DNA of 64,000 bases from assembly GCA_963832745.1 (NCBI GenBank), contig CAWHVC010000004.1, positions 203,604-267,603 on the forward strand. Reading direction: 5' to 3'. The notes under the pieces were generated by a model. The model saw only the letters and a program-made list of their open reading frames with translations. It was not told the origin of the DNA and did not search any database. Both the position numbers and the translations under genes were made by a program. This document shows, piece after piece, positions 9,693 to 19,101 of the stretch (position 1 is its first letter; each line of letters begins with the position of its first letter). Source of the stretch: Candidatus Bathyarchaeota archaeon. GTDB lineage: Archaea > Thermoproteota > Bathyarchaeia > Bathyarchaeales > Bathycorpusculaceae.

Positions 9693-10529
9693 ATGGGGAT
9701 AATTAAAAACTCTAAAAAAGAGTTTCCGAGCGTCCTCGACAGTGCATATGAACAGTATAAACGAGATTTAGAACGTTACAAGCTTGTAGAAGAAATAATG
9801 ACTCCTAAAGTAATCACTATCGCGCCTGAAGAGTCAATGGATAAAGCCGCAAGAATCATGGGAGCCAAACATATCGGCAGCTTAATTGTCAAAAAATATG
9901 ATACCCCAGTTGGTATAGTAACAGAGCGAGACCTGCTAACCAAAGTTTTTGCTCAAAATAAGGAGCCAACACAAGAGAAAGTAGAAAACCACATGTCTTA
10001 CCCGCTTGCAACTATTTGTTACACTGCCAAAATTAAAGAAGCTGCACAGGTTATGATTCAGAAAAAGTGTCGCTTGGGCGTTTTTGATTGTGGAAAAATG
10101 ATGGGAATTGTTACTGCTTCTGATTTGATTCGAAGCTTGCCTGATATTCCAGAAACTGAAGCGTTGGTTGACAACTTTATGACTACGGACGTAATCACCG
10201 CTGACGAGTCGACACCTATACGTGTTATCGCTATGACTATGGGCGAAAAACGTGTAGGAAGCGTTCTTGTCACAAAAAAAGAAAAGATTTCAGGAATTTT
10301 TACCGAACGCGATTTGCTTAACACTTTTATCAATGAAGTTGACGGTTTAGAATCAAACGTTGGGAAACACTCGACAGCAGAGTTAATCACGATACCTTCG
10401 GGGACAAGTGTTCATAATGCAGCAACAACCATGACGATGAAACAGATACGTCGTTTGCCTATTATGAAAGATGACAAGTTTGTGGGAATAATCACTGCGC
10501 GTGATCTAGTAGAAGCATACGCAAAATAA
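9693..10529 (+). CDS. CBS-domain protein (two CBS pairs)
   Basis: Four CBS repeats (GIVTERD, GIVTASD, GIFTERD, GIITARD); ATG at 9693 preferred over the track start. Confidence 0.9.
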   Translation: MGIIKNSKKEFPSVLDSAYEQYKRDLERYKLVEEIMTPKVITIAPEESMDKAARIMGAKHIGSLIVKKYDTPVGIVTERDLLTKVFAQNKEPTQEKVENHMSYPLATICYTAKIKEAAQVMIQKKCRLGVFDCGKMMGIVTASDLIRSLPDIPETEALVDNFMTTDVITADESTPIRVIAMTMGEKRVGSVLVTKKEKISGIFTERDLLNTFINEVDGLESNVGKHSTAELITIPSGTSVHNAATTMTMKQIRRLPIMKDDKFVGIITARDLVEAYAK

Positions 10530-10549
10530 ACCCATGTAGTAACTCATTT

Positions 10550-11356
10550 TTATTTTCGTTTGTTTTTTTGGGTAAATAGTATTAGGCATCCAAAAATGAA
10601 TACTGCGAAGCTGATTATGTAAAGAATCCAAAGAGTTGTGCTACCTAATGTTTCGAGTTCTCTTTGCCACTGCCAAAAATAAGGTCCCTCTGGAAAGTCA
10701 GGGCTGACTGGAACGTCTGGCCAAGCTCCAATTAACAAATAAGTAAATCCGCTTAGTGTTAGAATTAGGCCGATAGCGGTTTTTTTGTTTGATTTAATTG
10801 GCTCTTTTATGATTGTGATGTATTCTTGGATGTCATTTTTTACGTTTTTCATGCTTGTTGCCGAGTAGCCTTTTGTTAAACCAAACGCTACAAGTAACGT
10901 TATTCCTGTTGTTATTAAGATGAGGCTGGTTACGAAAAATTCGATGTATAATGCTCTAATCAGCCATGTTGAGGTTAGGTATTTTTGTACATCATTTGCA
11001 AAGGCGAAGGGGTAGGCGGAGTTTGCTGTTAATAATGTGATTAAGCTTAGGCCTATAATTGTTGTCGTTGTCCCGTAAAATAAAAAATGATTTTTAATGT
11101 GTCTGAATAGGCTTTTTGCTGAAATAGCAAATCCTGTGAATATGATGATTACGCCTGAATCATAAAGGGCTGAGACGTAGCCATTAAGCGTCCATCTGTT
11201 AATGTTCAATATTATGTCTTTTTGCCATCTGAACCAAAACCAATCCGGCTCCAGACTCAAAAATCTTCCAGCTATAACTAGTGCTATGCCACCGACTATT
11301 AAGAAAATGCTCAAAACTTGCCTCTTAGTTAGGGGTCCTATCTGGTCTTGTTCCAT
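10550..11356 (-). CDS. hypothetical integral membrane protein
   Basis: About 6 TM helices; Trp-rich loop motif occurs twice. Confidence 0.6.
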   Translation of the reverse strand: MEQDQIGPLTKRQVLSIFLIVGGIALVIAGRFLSLEPDWFWFRWQKDIILNINRWTLNGYVSALYDSGVIIIFTGFAISAKSLFRHIKNHFLFYGTTTTIIGLSLITLLTANSAYPFAFANDVQKYLTSTWLIRALYIEFFVTSLILITTGITLLVAFGLTKGYSATSMKNVKNDIQEYITIIKEPIKSNKKTAIGLILTLSGFTYLLIGAWPDVPVSPDFPEGPYFWQWQRELETLGSTTLWILYIISFAVFIFGCLILFTQKNKRK

Positions 11357-11569
11357 TATCTGTTAGTCACCAGCCGGGTTGGTGCTATAATTTAGCCAAG
11401 TTAATATGTATTTGGAGTTATATTGATTTTGGTTTAGCTAGAATTTGCTTTTTTAGATGATTTTGTTCTGCGTTAGGAAAAGTTTTTGAATCCTTAATTT
11501 CAAGAGATTCTTTATTTTTTGTCCAAACACCTAAATCTTTGTTTTGAACCTTATTTTTTGGTGAAAAAT

Positions 11570-11773
11570 ATGGGCCGATGTACCAAGACTGTTGGCGAAC
11601 GTAGGCTTGGCAGAACCATCTACAAGCTTGGAAACAGCGTTGAATTCAGCAGCAAAGAATGTAACGTCAAAATGTCTGAAACAAAGACCAAAAAGCAGAT
11701 TCAAGAAGAGCAAGGCTACACGGATGATTCGCCAGTTCAGAACCTGCGTGATCCTAAAAGCTACAAAAAGTAG
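11570..11773 (+). CDS. hypothetical small protein
   Basis: ATG preceded by GGTGA; 67 aa; T-rich tract downstream; no recognisable motif. Confidence 0.35.
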   Translation: MGRCTKTVGERRLGRTIYKLGNSVEFSSKECNVKMSETKTKKQIQEEQGYTDDSPVQNLRDPKSYKK

Positions 11774-11905
11774 TCATAGCTTTTTTGTTGTTGCTCAGGG
11801 GCATTTTCTTTTTGTCTTGAATTAACTTTATGTAGTTTGTTTTGCTTTGAGTTGTAACTAAGCACGCACAGTTTACATAAGCCTAAACTGTCTGGGTGAA
11901 ACTTT

Positions 11906-12472
11906 ATGACTGAGACACCAGCAACTCAAGCTTCTAATGGGGAACAGCCGATAAAAGCTTCTGAACTGGACCCCAAGTTTAAGTATGAACTTGTAAAGAT
12001 GCATGGAAGCGAAAATATCCTCAAATGCTTCCAATGTGGAACCTGCACCAGCGATTGCCCCGTTGCACGTTTCAGTGACAGTTACCGACCGCGTACTTTG
12101 ATTCATATGGCAACTCTTGGCTTAAGAGACCGCGTGCTAAAAAGCGACACACTCTGGTTATGCGCAGCTTGCTTCACGTGTACCGACCGTTGCCCACAGG
12201 ACGTTGAAGTGGCAAGCGTAATTCGTGTATTCCGCAACTTAGCCGTTGAAAACGGTTGCATACCCCAAGTTTTCAAAGACCAATTTGGGTCAGTTCTCGA
12301 GTCAGGTTACGCTTACAAAATCCCTGAATTACGCATTAAAAAGCGTGACTCCCAGGGGCTTCCACCGTTGCCTAAAGGTGACGCAGACAAAGTCCAAAAA
12401 GTCCTAAAAGGCTTAAAAATAATTGACAAAATCCAAAAACCTCAAGGAGAAAACGCAAATGCAAAACAATAA
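11906..12472 (+). CDS. hdrC: heterodisulfide reductase subunit C
   Basis: CFQCGTCTSDCP and WLCAACFTCTDRCPQ 4Fe-4S motifs; overlaps hdrB. Confidence 0.92.
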   Translation: MTETPATQASNGEQPIKASELDPKFKYELVKMHGSENILKCFQCGTCTSDCPVARFSDSYRPRTLIHMATLGLRDRVLKSDTLWLCAACFTCTDRCPQDVEVASVIRVFRNLAVENGCIPQVFKDQFGSVLESGYAYKIPELRIKKRDSQGLPPLPKGDADKVQKVLKGLKIIDKIQKPQGENANAKQ

Positions 12473-13355
12473 GTACCTGATTTTTTTGGGCTGCGCTATT
12501 CCTTACCGTGTTTCCAGTTACGAAATTTCTTCACGCAAAGTGTTAGCTAAACTTGGGGTTGAACTGGTTGAAATGCCTGAATTCAACTGTTGCGGTTTAC
12601 CACTTGACCCCGTCAGCCATGAAGCAATGCTTGTGTTAGCTGCAAAAAATTTGGCGCTTGCAGAAAAGGAAGGCTTAAACATCCTAACGTTATGCCCAGG
12701 CTGTGCAGGGACACTTAAGAAAGTTAACAAAATCCTAAAAGAAGACCCCTCGTTAAAGCAGAAAATTAACGAGCACCTTAAAGAAGCAGGTTTAGAATTT
12801 AAAGGAACAGTCGAAACCAAACATCTGCTTCAGTTTCTAAAAGAAGACGTTGGCTTAGAAAAAATCAAAGCAGCCGTCACAAAACCGTTAACAGGCCTAA
12901 AAGTTGCCGAACATAACGGTTGCCATATTCTGCGGCCTAAACAGTACATTGGGTTTGATGATCCTGAAGACCCGCAAACTCTTAAAATGCTGGTTGAAGC
13001 AACTGGCGCCACCTGCCTTGACTATGTTGACGAGACTGAATGTTGTGGTGCACCCAGCGTTGGGGTTAGCGATAAGGTTGCGTTGTCGCTTGCAAGAGAT
13101 AAACTTAGCCACGTAAAAGATGTTCAAGCTCAAGCCTTGATAACTATCTGTCCATTCTGCCACATAATGTATGACACTAACGAGTTACGCATAGAGAAGA
13201 TGTTCAACGAAGCATACGGCATTCCTATTCTGCATTACCCACAACTACTCGGCTTAGCCATGGGCATGAATCCTGACGAGTTAGCATTCAAAGACCTCCG
13301 AGTCGACGCTTCAAACATTCTAAAACAGGTTGCTGCAATTCCCGACAAAGTGTAA
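12459..13355 (+). CDS. hdrB: heterodisulfide reductase subunit B
   Basis: FLGC, two CCG domains, CPGC, HNGCH, CPFCH, HYPQLLGLAMG. Confidence 0.92.
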   Translation: MQNNKYLIFLGCAIPYRVSSYEISSRKVLAKLGVELVEMPEFNCCGLPLDPVSHEAMLVLAAKNLALAEKEGLNILTLCPGCAGTLKKVNKILKEDPSLKQKINEHLKEAGLEFKGTVETKHLLQFLKEDVGLEKIKAAVTKPLTGLKVAEHNGCHILRPKQYIGFDDPEDPQTLKMLVEATGATCLDYVDETECCGAPSVGVSDKVALSLARDKLSHVKDVQAQALITICPFCHIMYDTNELRIEKMFNEAYGIPILHYPQLLGLAMGMNPDELAFKDLRVDASNILKQVAAIPDKV

Positions 13356-13451
13356 TCTTTTTTCTTTCATGTGACTTTTTTGGCGATTACTTTATTTTGC
13401 GATGATAAGTAATTAGACTTGACAGCTTACGTTATAATTTGGGGTTTAAAA

Positions 13452-14933
13452 TTGGCTCAAAAAAGCGTGTTAATTATCGGTGCAGGCATCGGCGGCTTAT
13501 CCGCAGGTTGCTATGCCCAAATGAACGGTTTTCAAACACAAATTTTTGAAATGTATACTCTCCCCGGCGGCCAATGTACTGCTTGGAAACGTGGCAGCTA
13601 CATTTTCGACGGCTGCATCCACCACCTTGCAGGCTGCAAACCCGGAAAACTCCTCTATGAGATGTGGGAAGAACTAGGCGCCCTGCCGCAAAGACCATTA
13701 ATTTACCCCGCAGACCTATGCCAAGTTGAAGATGAATCGGGCAAACGGTTTACCGTTTACGTTAACCTTGACCAGCTACAGCAGCACATGCTTGAACTTG
13801 CACCCCAAGACAAGTCCGCCATTGAAGGCTACATTAACGCAGCTAAAAGCTTCATGGACTTGGACTTCTTGGAAACTGCGTTGCTTGAAGGTGCCGCTTT
13901 CACTCGGCGGTTCCTCAAAATGGGTACAGTTCTAACTAAGTACGGTGCAAACATGACCAAGTACGCCGAAAAGTTTACTGACCCTTTTCTACGCAAGGTT
14001 TTTCCAACCATTCAGTATGACTGGACAGACATCCCCCTGTTCATTCACCTTAACATGATTGGCAACTGCGCCAGCAACAACTACGCTGTTCCAGCAGGCG
14101 GCTCACTCGAGTTTGCCAAAGCAATAGAGCAAAGATTCCTCAAACTCGGCGGCATTATCAATTACGGCAAAAAAGTCGACAAGATCCTTGTTGAAAACGA
14201 TAAAGCCGTTGGCGTCCGCCTAAAAGACGGCACAGAGCACCGTGCAGACATTGTGGTTTCTGACGCGTTTGGCTACACAACCATCTTCAGCTTGCTTGAC
14301 GGCAAATATGTAGATGACAAAATAAAGAAGCAGTACGCTAAGCATCAAGAAAACATGGTTATGGGTATTCACGTTTCATTTGGAGTGAATCGTGACCTTT
14401 CAAAAGAGCCCCGTGCGTTGGTGTTGTTTCTTGAAAACCCTGTAACTATCGCCGATCGGGAACACGCTAAGCTAGATTTGGAACTATTTGGTTACGACCC
14501 AAGCCTTGCACCAAACGGGAAATCAGTCATTAAAGCCCTCATAAACACAAACTACAGTTACTGGAAACAACTTTACAGTGACCCTGCAAAGTACAGGGCT
14601 GAAAAACAAAAAGTCGCTGACACTGTCCTGAAACTCCTGGAAAAACGGTTCCTCGGCATCCAAGGGCAAGTAGAAGTAGTCGACGTTGCCACGCCAATTA
14701 CTACTGAACGTTTTGTCGGTGTCGGTCAAGGGTTCGAATCCAACTGGGGTTTCTCTGACGCGGTAAGCATGATGCGTGGTCAACCCAAAACCCTGCCTAA
14801 ACTGCAAAACTTCTACATGGTTGGTTTCTCTGTTGGAGGCGGAGGCATTCCCGGTTGTGCCGCTATGGGACGCAACCTAGTCAAAAAACTCTGCAAGCAA
14901 GAACACGTTAGCTTTAATGCTTCAAAACCTTAA
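13452..14933 (+). CDS. FAD-dependent oxidoreductase, phytoene dehydrogenase-like
   Basis: IIGAGIGGL Rossmann motif, PGGQCTAWKRGSYIFDG, DVATPIT, GGGIPG. Confidence 0.85.
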   Translation: MAQKSVLIIGAGIGGLSAGCYAQMNGFQTQIFEMYTLPGGQCTAWKRGSYIFDGCIHHLAGCKPGKLLYEMWEELGALPQRPLIYPADLCQVEDESGKRFTVYVNLDQLQQHMLELAPQDKSAIEGYINAAKSFMDLDFLETALLEGAAFTRRFLKMGTVLTKYGANMTKYAEKFTDPFLRKVFPTIQYDWTDIPLFIHLNMIGNCASNNYAVPAGGSLEFAKAIEQRFLKLGGIINYGKKVDKILVENDKAVGVRLKDGTEHRADIVVSDAFGYTTIFSLLDGKYVDDKIKKQYAKHQENMVMGIHVSFGVNRDLSKEPRALVLFLENPVTIADREHAKLDLELFGYDPSLAPNGKSVIKALINTNYSYWKQLYSDPAKYRAEKQKVADTVLKLLEKRFLGIQGQVEVVDVATPITTERFVGVGQGFESNWGFSDAVSMMRGQPKTLPKLQNFYMVGFSVGGGGIPGCAAMGRNLVKKLCKQEHVSFNASKP

Positions 14934-15032
14934 CGCGTTTTTCTTTTTGCTTGTTCTTGGTAAAAATTGTCAAAAAATTCTTGTTAAAAACCGTTTTAGC
15001 CTGCATCACTCAATAGCGTTGTTGGTGAAAAT

Positions 15033-15596
15033 ATGTCTACTCAAAATGAACAAATTGAAACTGTTACTTTTCAAGCTTTAGCCCATCCTATTCGGCGGAC
15101 AATAATTAGACTTGTTCAGTCTCACAGTCAAGGCGTCACCTACACGGAATTACTTACTGACCTGGGGTTGCCTACTGGAAAACTGAACTATCATTTAGAA
15201 CAACTTAAAGGGGTAATTGAAAAGGACAGCAGTAGCGCATATGTTTTAACTTCGTTTGGCAAAAAAGCCGTTGAACATCTCAACCTAATAGAGCAGCGAA
15301 CTAACAGTGAAGACCAAAAATACGTTCAAATTGCCAGTTTATCCCACAAAGGCAGCCTTCAACCAATAATCAAAAGCTTCCTGATACTAACAATCATAAT
15401 GATGACGGTTTTCACGGGTTTATGGGTTTACATTGGCTGCATCGCATACATAGAGGGTGCTCCATCAGTGGTTTTTGTGCTGCTGCCAATAGGGATTACT
15501 GTTGGACTTGGTGTGCTTTCAGTTTCAGTCTATGCTTTACTAAAAACGCCAATGTGGCTTAGACGTTTCGAGCAAAGGTTCTTTGGTGAAAGCTAA
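15033..15596 (+). CDS. ArsR-type winged-HTH protein with two C-terminal TM helices
   Basis: FQALAHPIRR...GKLNYHL...YVLTSFG followed by hydrophobic helices. Confidence 0.8.
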   Translation: MSTQNEQIETVTFQALAHPIRRTIIRLVQSHSQGVTYTELLTDLGLPTGKLNYHLEQLKGVIEKDSSSAYVLTSFGKKAVEHLNLIEQRTNSEDQKYVQIASLSHKGSLQPIIKSFLILTIIMMTVFTGLWVYIGCIAYIEGAPSVVFVLLPIGITVGLGVLSVSVYALLKTPMWLRRFEQRFFGES

Positions 15597-15607
15597 CTCG
15601 CCAAAAT

Positions 15608-16342
15608 CTACCATCTTCCGCCTGCTCCACCACCGCCTGAACGTCCGCCACCAATTCTTCCCCTACCTGCAACAGGCACAAAAATGCCAAGCACAACTAT
15701 GACCACAATTAGCCAAAGGGGCATTCCGAAAAAGTACCAATCCCAGAATGGTGACGGCGTTTGGACGGGTTCGTTGGTGCTTTCGTAATAGTAGATGCCT
15801 CTTGCTGGAAGGTTGTTTGGTGTGGTTTGGGGTGGGATTTGTTCTCCTAAGGCTATGACTGTGTAGTACAAGCCTTTGCCATAATTGTTTTGCTGGAACT
15901 CTGGGACCAAATATTCTTGGGCAATCAGGTTGGCTTCAACGTCGGTTATGTCTCCTTCAAGCCCGTACCCAACTTCTATACGCCATTCCCGTTCCTCCAA
16001 CGCTACCAGAACCAGTACGCCGTTGTCTTTGCCGCTTTTACCAATGCCTGTTTGTTCTCCATCCCAAACTTCCAATGGTTCATCGTTTAAAATTTGGACA
16101 CCAAGCTGAACAATGTCATGGATTTCGTTGCCAGATTTGTCAGTTACTCCGTGACCAGAAAGTGAAGGCAGTACCACAACTACTATTTCAGCGGTTGTGT
16201 TCAGGTCAATTGAGTACGCGTAGTCTTCAATGCTTGCAACCCAATCGTTTTCAATATATTGAGCTTGACAGGGAATAGTAAACAGGACAGGGCTTACGAT
16301 AAGGAACAAAAGCAAAAAAGGAATGAAACGGTTTTTTTGCAA
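15608..16342 (-). CDS. TPM domain protein
   Basis: GIGKSGKDNGVLVLVA, RIEVGYGLEG, Gly-rich GGRSGGGGAGGRW tail; downstream of lemA. Confidence 0.9.
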   Translation of the reverse strand: MQKNRFIPFLLLFLIVSPVLFTIPCQAQYIENDWVASIEDYAYSIDLNTTAEIVVVVLPSLSGHGVTDKSGNEIHDIVQLGVQILNDEPLEVWDGEQTGIGKSGKDNGVLVLVALEEREWRIEVGYGLEGDITDVEANLIAQEYLVPEFQQNNYGKGLYYTVIALGEQIPPQTTPNNLPARGIYYYESTNEPVQTPSPFWDWYFFGMPLWLIVVIVVLGIFVPVAGRGRIGGGRSGGGGAGGRW

Positions 16343-16366
16343 ACCTTAGCCTTTACCTCAAACCGT

Positions 16367-16948
16367 TTAAAGGTTAACTTGGGGCGCAGTGTAAGCGGCT
16401 ACTTGTGCTTCAAAGAATGCTCTGCTTTCATAGCCCCATCCTGCCGCCCAAAGGTTTGCAGGGAATACTTTGATGGCGGTGTTGTAGTCGCCGACTGCTT
16501 CGTTGTAACGCATGCGTTCTGTTGATATGCGGTTTTCTGTGCCTTCCAATTCAATGATTAATGATTGGACTACGTCTGAGGCTTTTAGGTCTGGATAGGC
16601 TTCGACGCTTATGATTAACTGGGAAACGCCTGACTCCAAATTGTCTGTTGCGTTGCTGATTTCGTCGACGTTGCCGCCTGCTACTGCAGCATCCCATTGA
16701 GCACGTAAGCGCGTAACGTTTTCCAGCACGGAGCCTTCATAGGTCATGTAGGCTTTAGCTGCTGTTACAACGTTGGGTATCAAGTCGTAACGTCTTTGTA
16801 GTTCCTGATCAATCTGCGCCCACTTCTCGTCAACAGTAACGTTGAGGTTGACAAGGTTGTTGTAGGTTGTAAAGTATAATGCAGCAAAACTTGCCACGAT
16901 AATTATTGCGATAACCGCTATGGTTGCTACTACTATTTTGGTTTTCAT
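16367..16948 (-). CDS. lemA: LemA family protein
   Basis: YNNLV, LQRRYDLIPN, EAYPDLKAS, ELEGTENRISTERMRYN. Confidence 0.93.
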   Translation of the reverse strand: MKTKIVVATIAVIAIIIVASFAALYFTTYNNLVNLNVTVDEKWAQIDQELQRRYDLIPNVVTAAKAYMTYEGSVLENVTRLRAQWDAAVAGGNVDEISNATDNLESGVSQLIISVEAYPDLKASDVVQSLIIELEGTENRISTERMRYNEAVGDYNTAIKVFPANLWAAGWGYESRAFFEAQVAAYTAPQVNL

Positions 16949-17043
16949 GCCAAGCATCTCTCCCTGCCGAAAATATCGGTGAATACATATATTTACTGAT
17001 TGGTAAAAAAGCGAAATATTACCAGAACAGAAAGCGCAAAGTA

Positions 17044-17712
17044 TCAACTACGCAACTTTTTTACCAGTTTCTGCAGCCTCTGAGCCGTCAACTTGACATT
17101 AAGGCTTGCTGGAACAGGATGTCCATGCGCTTCACAATGCCCATCCACAATAGCTTTAGCGATAGCCTCCACAGTCGGCTCCTCCACGTCGATTGTTGTG
17201 TAGCCGAAACCGATTTGGGGACCATAATGCGCATCCGTGCCTGCAACTCTGGATAGATTGAATTTTTCTGCGGCTTCCGTGGCTTTTTTTACGCTTCTGC
17301 CAAACGGGAACGCTCTGGCATTGATGATTTCGATGGCGTCAAATTCTGCGCAGACCGCGTTGTTAAGGCATCCTTTTAGGAACACGTAGGGGTGACATGC
17401 AATTGCAACTCCTCCTGCCTCATGAATGCGCTGCACGGTTTCAACGGCTGTTAACCCTTTGGGAATAAGCTGGTTAACGTTTAAAGCTACGATGTGGCCT
17501 TCGCTGCTGGAAACCTCCATGCCAGGAATCACCAAGAAGTCTTTGGTTTCTTTGGCGATTTTTACTGCACCATCAAAATAGTTGTGGTCAGTGACTGCAA
17601 CCGCGTTGAGCCCATTCTTTTTAGCGTAAAAGATGAGGTCTTTTGGGGTGATCAGTGAATCGTTGGAGTAGGTGGTGTGTACGTGGAGATCAGCGCGGAT
17701 TTGAACAGTCAT
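17044..17712 (-). CDS. PHP domain metal-dependent phosphoesterase
   Basis: DLHVHT, AVTDHN, PGMEV, CHPY, GTDAH. Confidence 0.9.
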   Translation of the reverse strand: MTVQIRADLHVHTTYSNDSLITPKDLIFYAKKNGLNAVAVTDHNYFDGAVKIAKETKDFLVIPGMEVSSSEGHIVALNVNQLIPKGLTAVETVQRIHEAGGVAIACHPYVFLKGCLNNAVCAEFDAIEIINARAFPFGRSVKKATEAAEKFNLSRVAGTDAHYGPQIGFGYTTIDVEEPTVEAIAKAIVDGHCEAHGHPVPASLNVKLTAQRLQKLVKKLRS

Positions 17713-17761
17713 AATTAACCCTGTTTTCAAATGTTCACCGTTTAATATCTGTATTGCCACG

Positions 17762-19033
17762 TTAAACCATCAAAGGTTTAGGCGAAAAAACTGCTTTCCG
17801 CTTTATGATTAGTGTGACTGCGGCTAACGCAACCGTGGTTGCCAAGACTGCGATAATCCAGATTGTTGATGGTGAACTGGTTGGTTGAGCGGTTTCTGAA
17901 TGGGTGGATTCGGGGTTGCTAATGGGTGTGAGAGTTGGTGCTGGTTCTGGGGTTGGAGTTGATGGCACTAACGAGTTTGGTCTAACGCTGTAAAGGGTGA
18001 TATACGCTATTTCTTTGGTGTCTCCCCACATTTGTACTTGAACGCCTTGATGGTTGCTAATAGGTTTGAAATAAAATGTTGCTGACCAGTAAGGGTACAG
18101 TTTCAGCGGGTCTCGCGTAGCATTACCTTCGTTAACGCCGCTATCGCTAAGCGCGTTGTTAAGTTCATTGCTGAATTGTCGTCCAAGAATCATGTTTAAG
18201 CCGATGTCTACTGTTGTCCAGTTAGGCGTAATATTTATGGGACCACTGGTTGTGCCAACTTGTACTGTGGCGGCATAGTTTTTGGCTGCCGCGAACATCA
18301 AAGCTTGAGCTTCCTCTTGGTTGACAACGCTTAGGCACCCGATGCTGTAGAGGTTCCATAAATCAGTAAAAATGAACGTATTAGTGTTAAAAGTGATACT
18401 CATGCCCTTGTTTGGCATGTCAACGCCATCAAGAGTGTAGCACCAACCAATACTTGATTGCCCTATGCTCATCTTCATGTTGCCTTCTGTTATGTTGGTT
18501 GGAGTGAAGTCGCTTATGCCATTAAAGTTGGTTGGAGACCCATATGGTGGAGCGTTTGGGGTACTGCGAATCAGGCTTAGGGCTTGGGTAACCTGTGAAG
18601 CGTTTATACCATACTGCTCGGTAAAGTTTTGGTATCTTTCAAGAATATTTTTTGTTTCAACCAAAGCGTCATTTGACGGTTGCTTTGACCAAAAAATCGA
18701 GCCATTCATGGCGTTAACGTGTATCCACCAAATAAAGCCGTTATAGAAAATGCCTGAAACCGATAAACTGCCACTGTTGGATTCAAGATTAAAGGTTGTA
18801 CCTTCGTTTTTCACTTGACCACCAAACTCTGAAGGATAAGTGAGAGCATAACCCTCATTTGTTATGTTGTACTGTGAGACGTCAATACCCATAACGTCGC
18901 CGACAAAAGCTAAAACCTCTTTTTCTACCGCTTTTACTCCTTCGGGCTGGTCTGCTTGGGAAGACTGAACAAGCACAGCTGAAAAAACAAGGACTACAAC
19001 CACAAAGGCGCATGTTAACTTAGCTTTCCGCAA
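17762..19033 (-). CDS. hypothetical secreted protein with Pro/Thr linker and C-terminal TM anchor
   Basis: Signal peptide, many NxS/T sites, PTPEPAPT linker, TM followed by KRK. Confidence 0.7.
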   Translation of the reverse strand: MRKAKLTCAFVVVVLVFSAVLVQSSQADQPEGVKAVEKEVLAFVGDVMGIDVSQYNITNEGYALTYPSEFGGQVKNEGTTFNLESNSGSLSVSGIFYNGFIWWIHVNAMNGSIFWSKQPSNDALVETKNILERYQNFTEQYGINASQVTQALSLIRSTPNAPPYGSPTNFNGISDFTPTNITEGNMKMSIGQSSIGWCYTLDGVDMPNKGMSITFNTNTFIFTDLWNLYSIGCLSVVNQEEAQALMFAAAKNYAATVQVGTTSGPINITPNWTTVDIGLNMILGRQFSNELNNALSDSGVNEGNATRDPLKLYPYWSATFYFKPISNHQGVQVQMWGDTKEIAYITLYSVRPNSLVPSTPTPEPAPTLTPISNPESTHSETAQPTSSPSTIWIIAVLATTVALAAVTLIIKRKAVFSPKPLMV

Positions 19034-19101
19034 TCTTTACTCTCCCAGTATCTCAAGAATCAAAAGGAAAAAGTAAAGATAAAAAAGTTGCCTAGAAAAG
19101 C

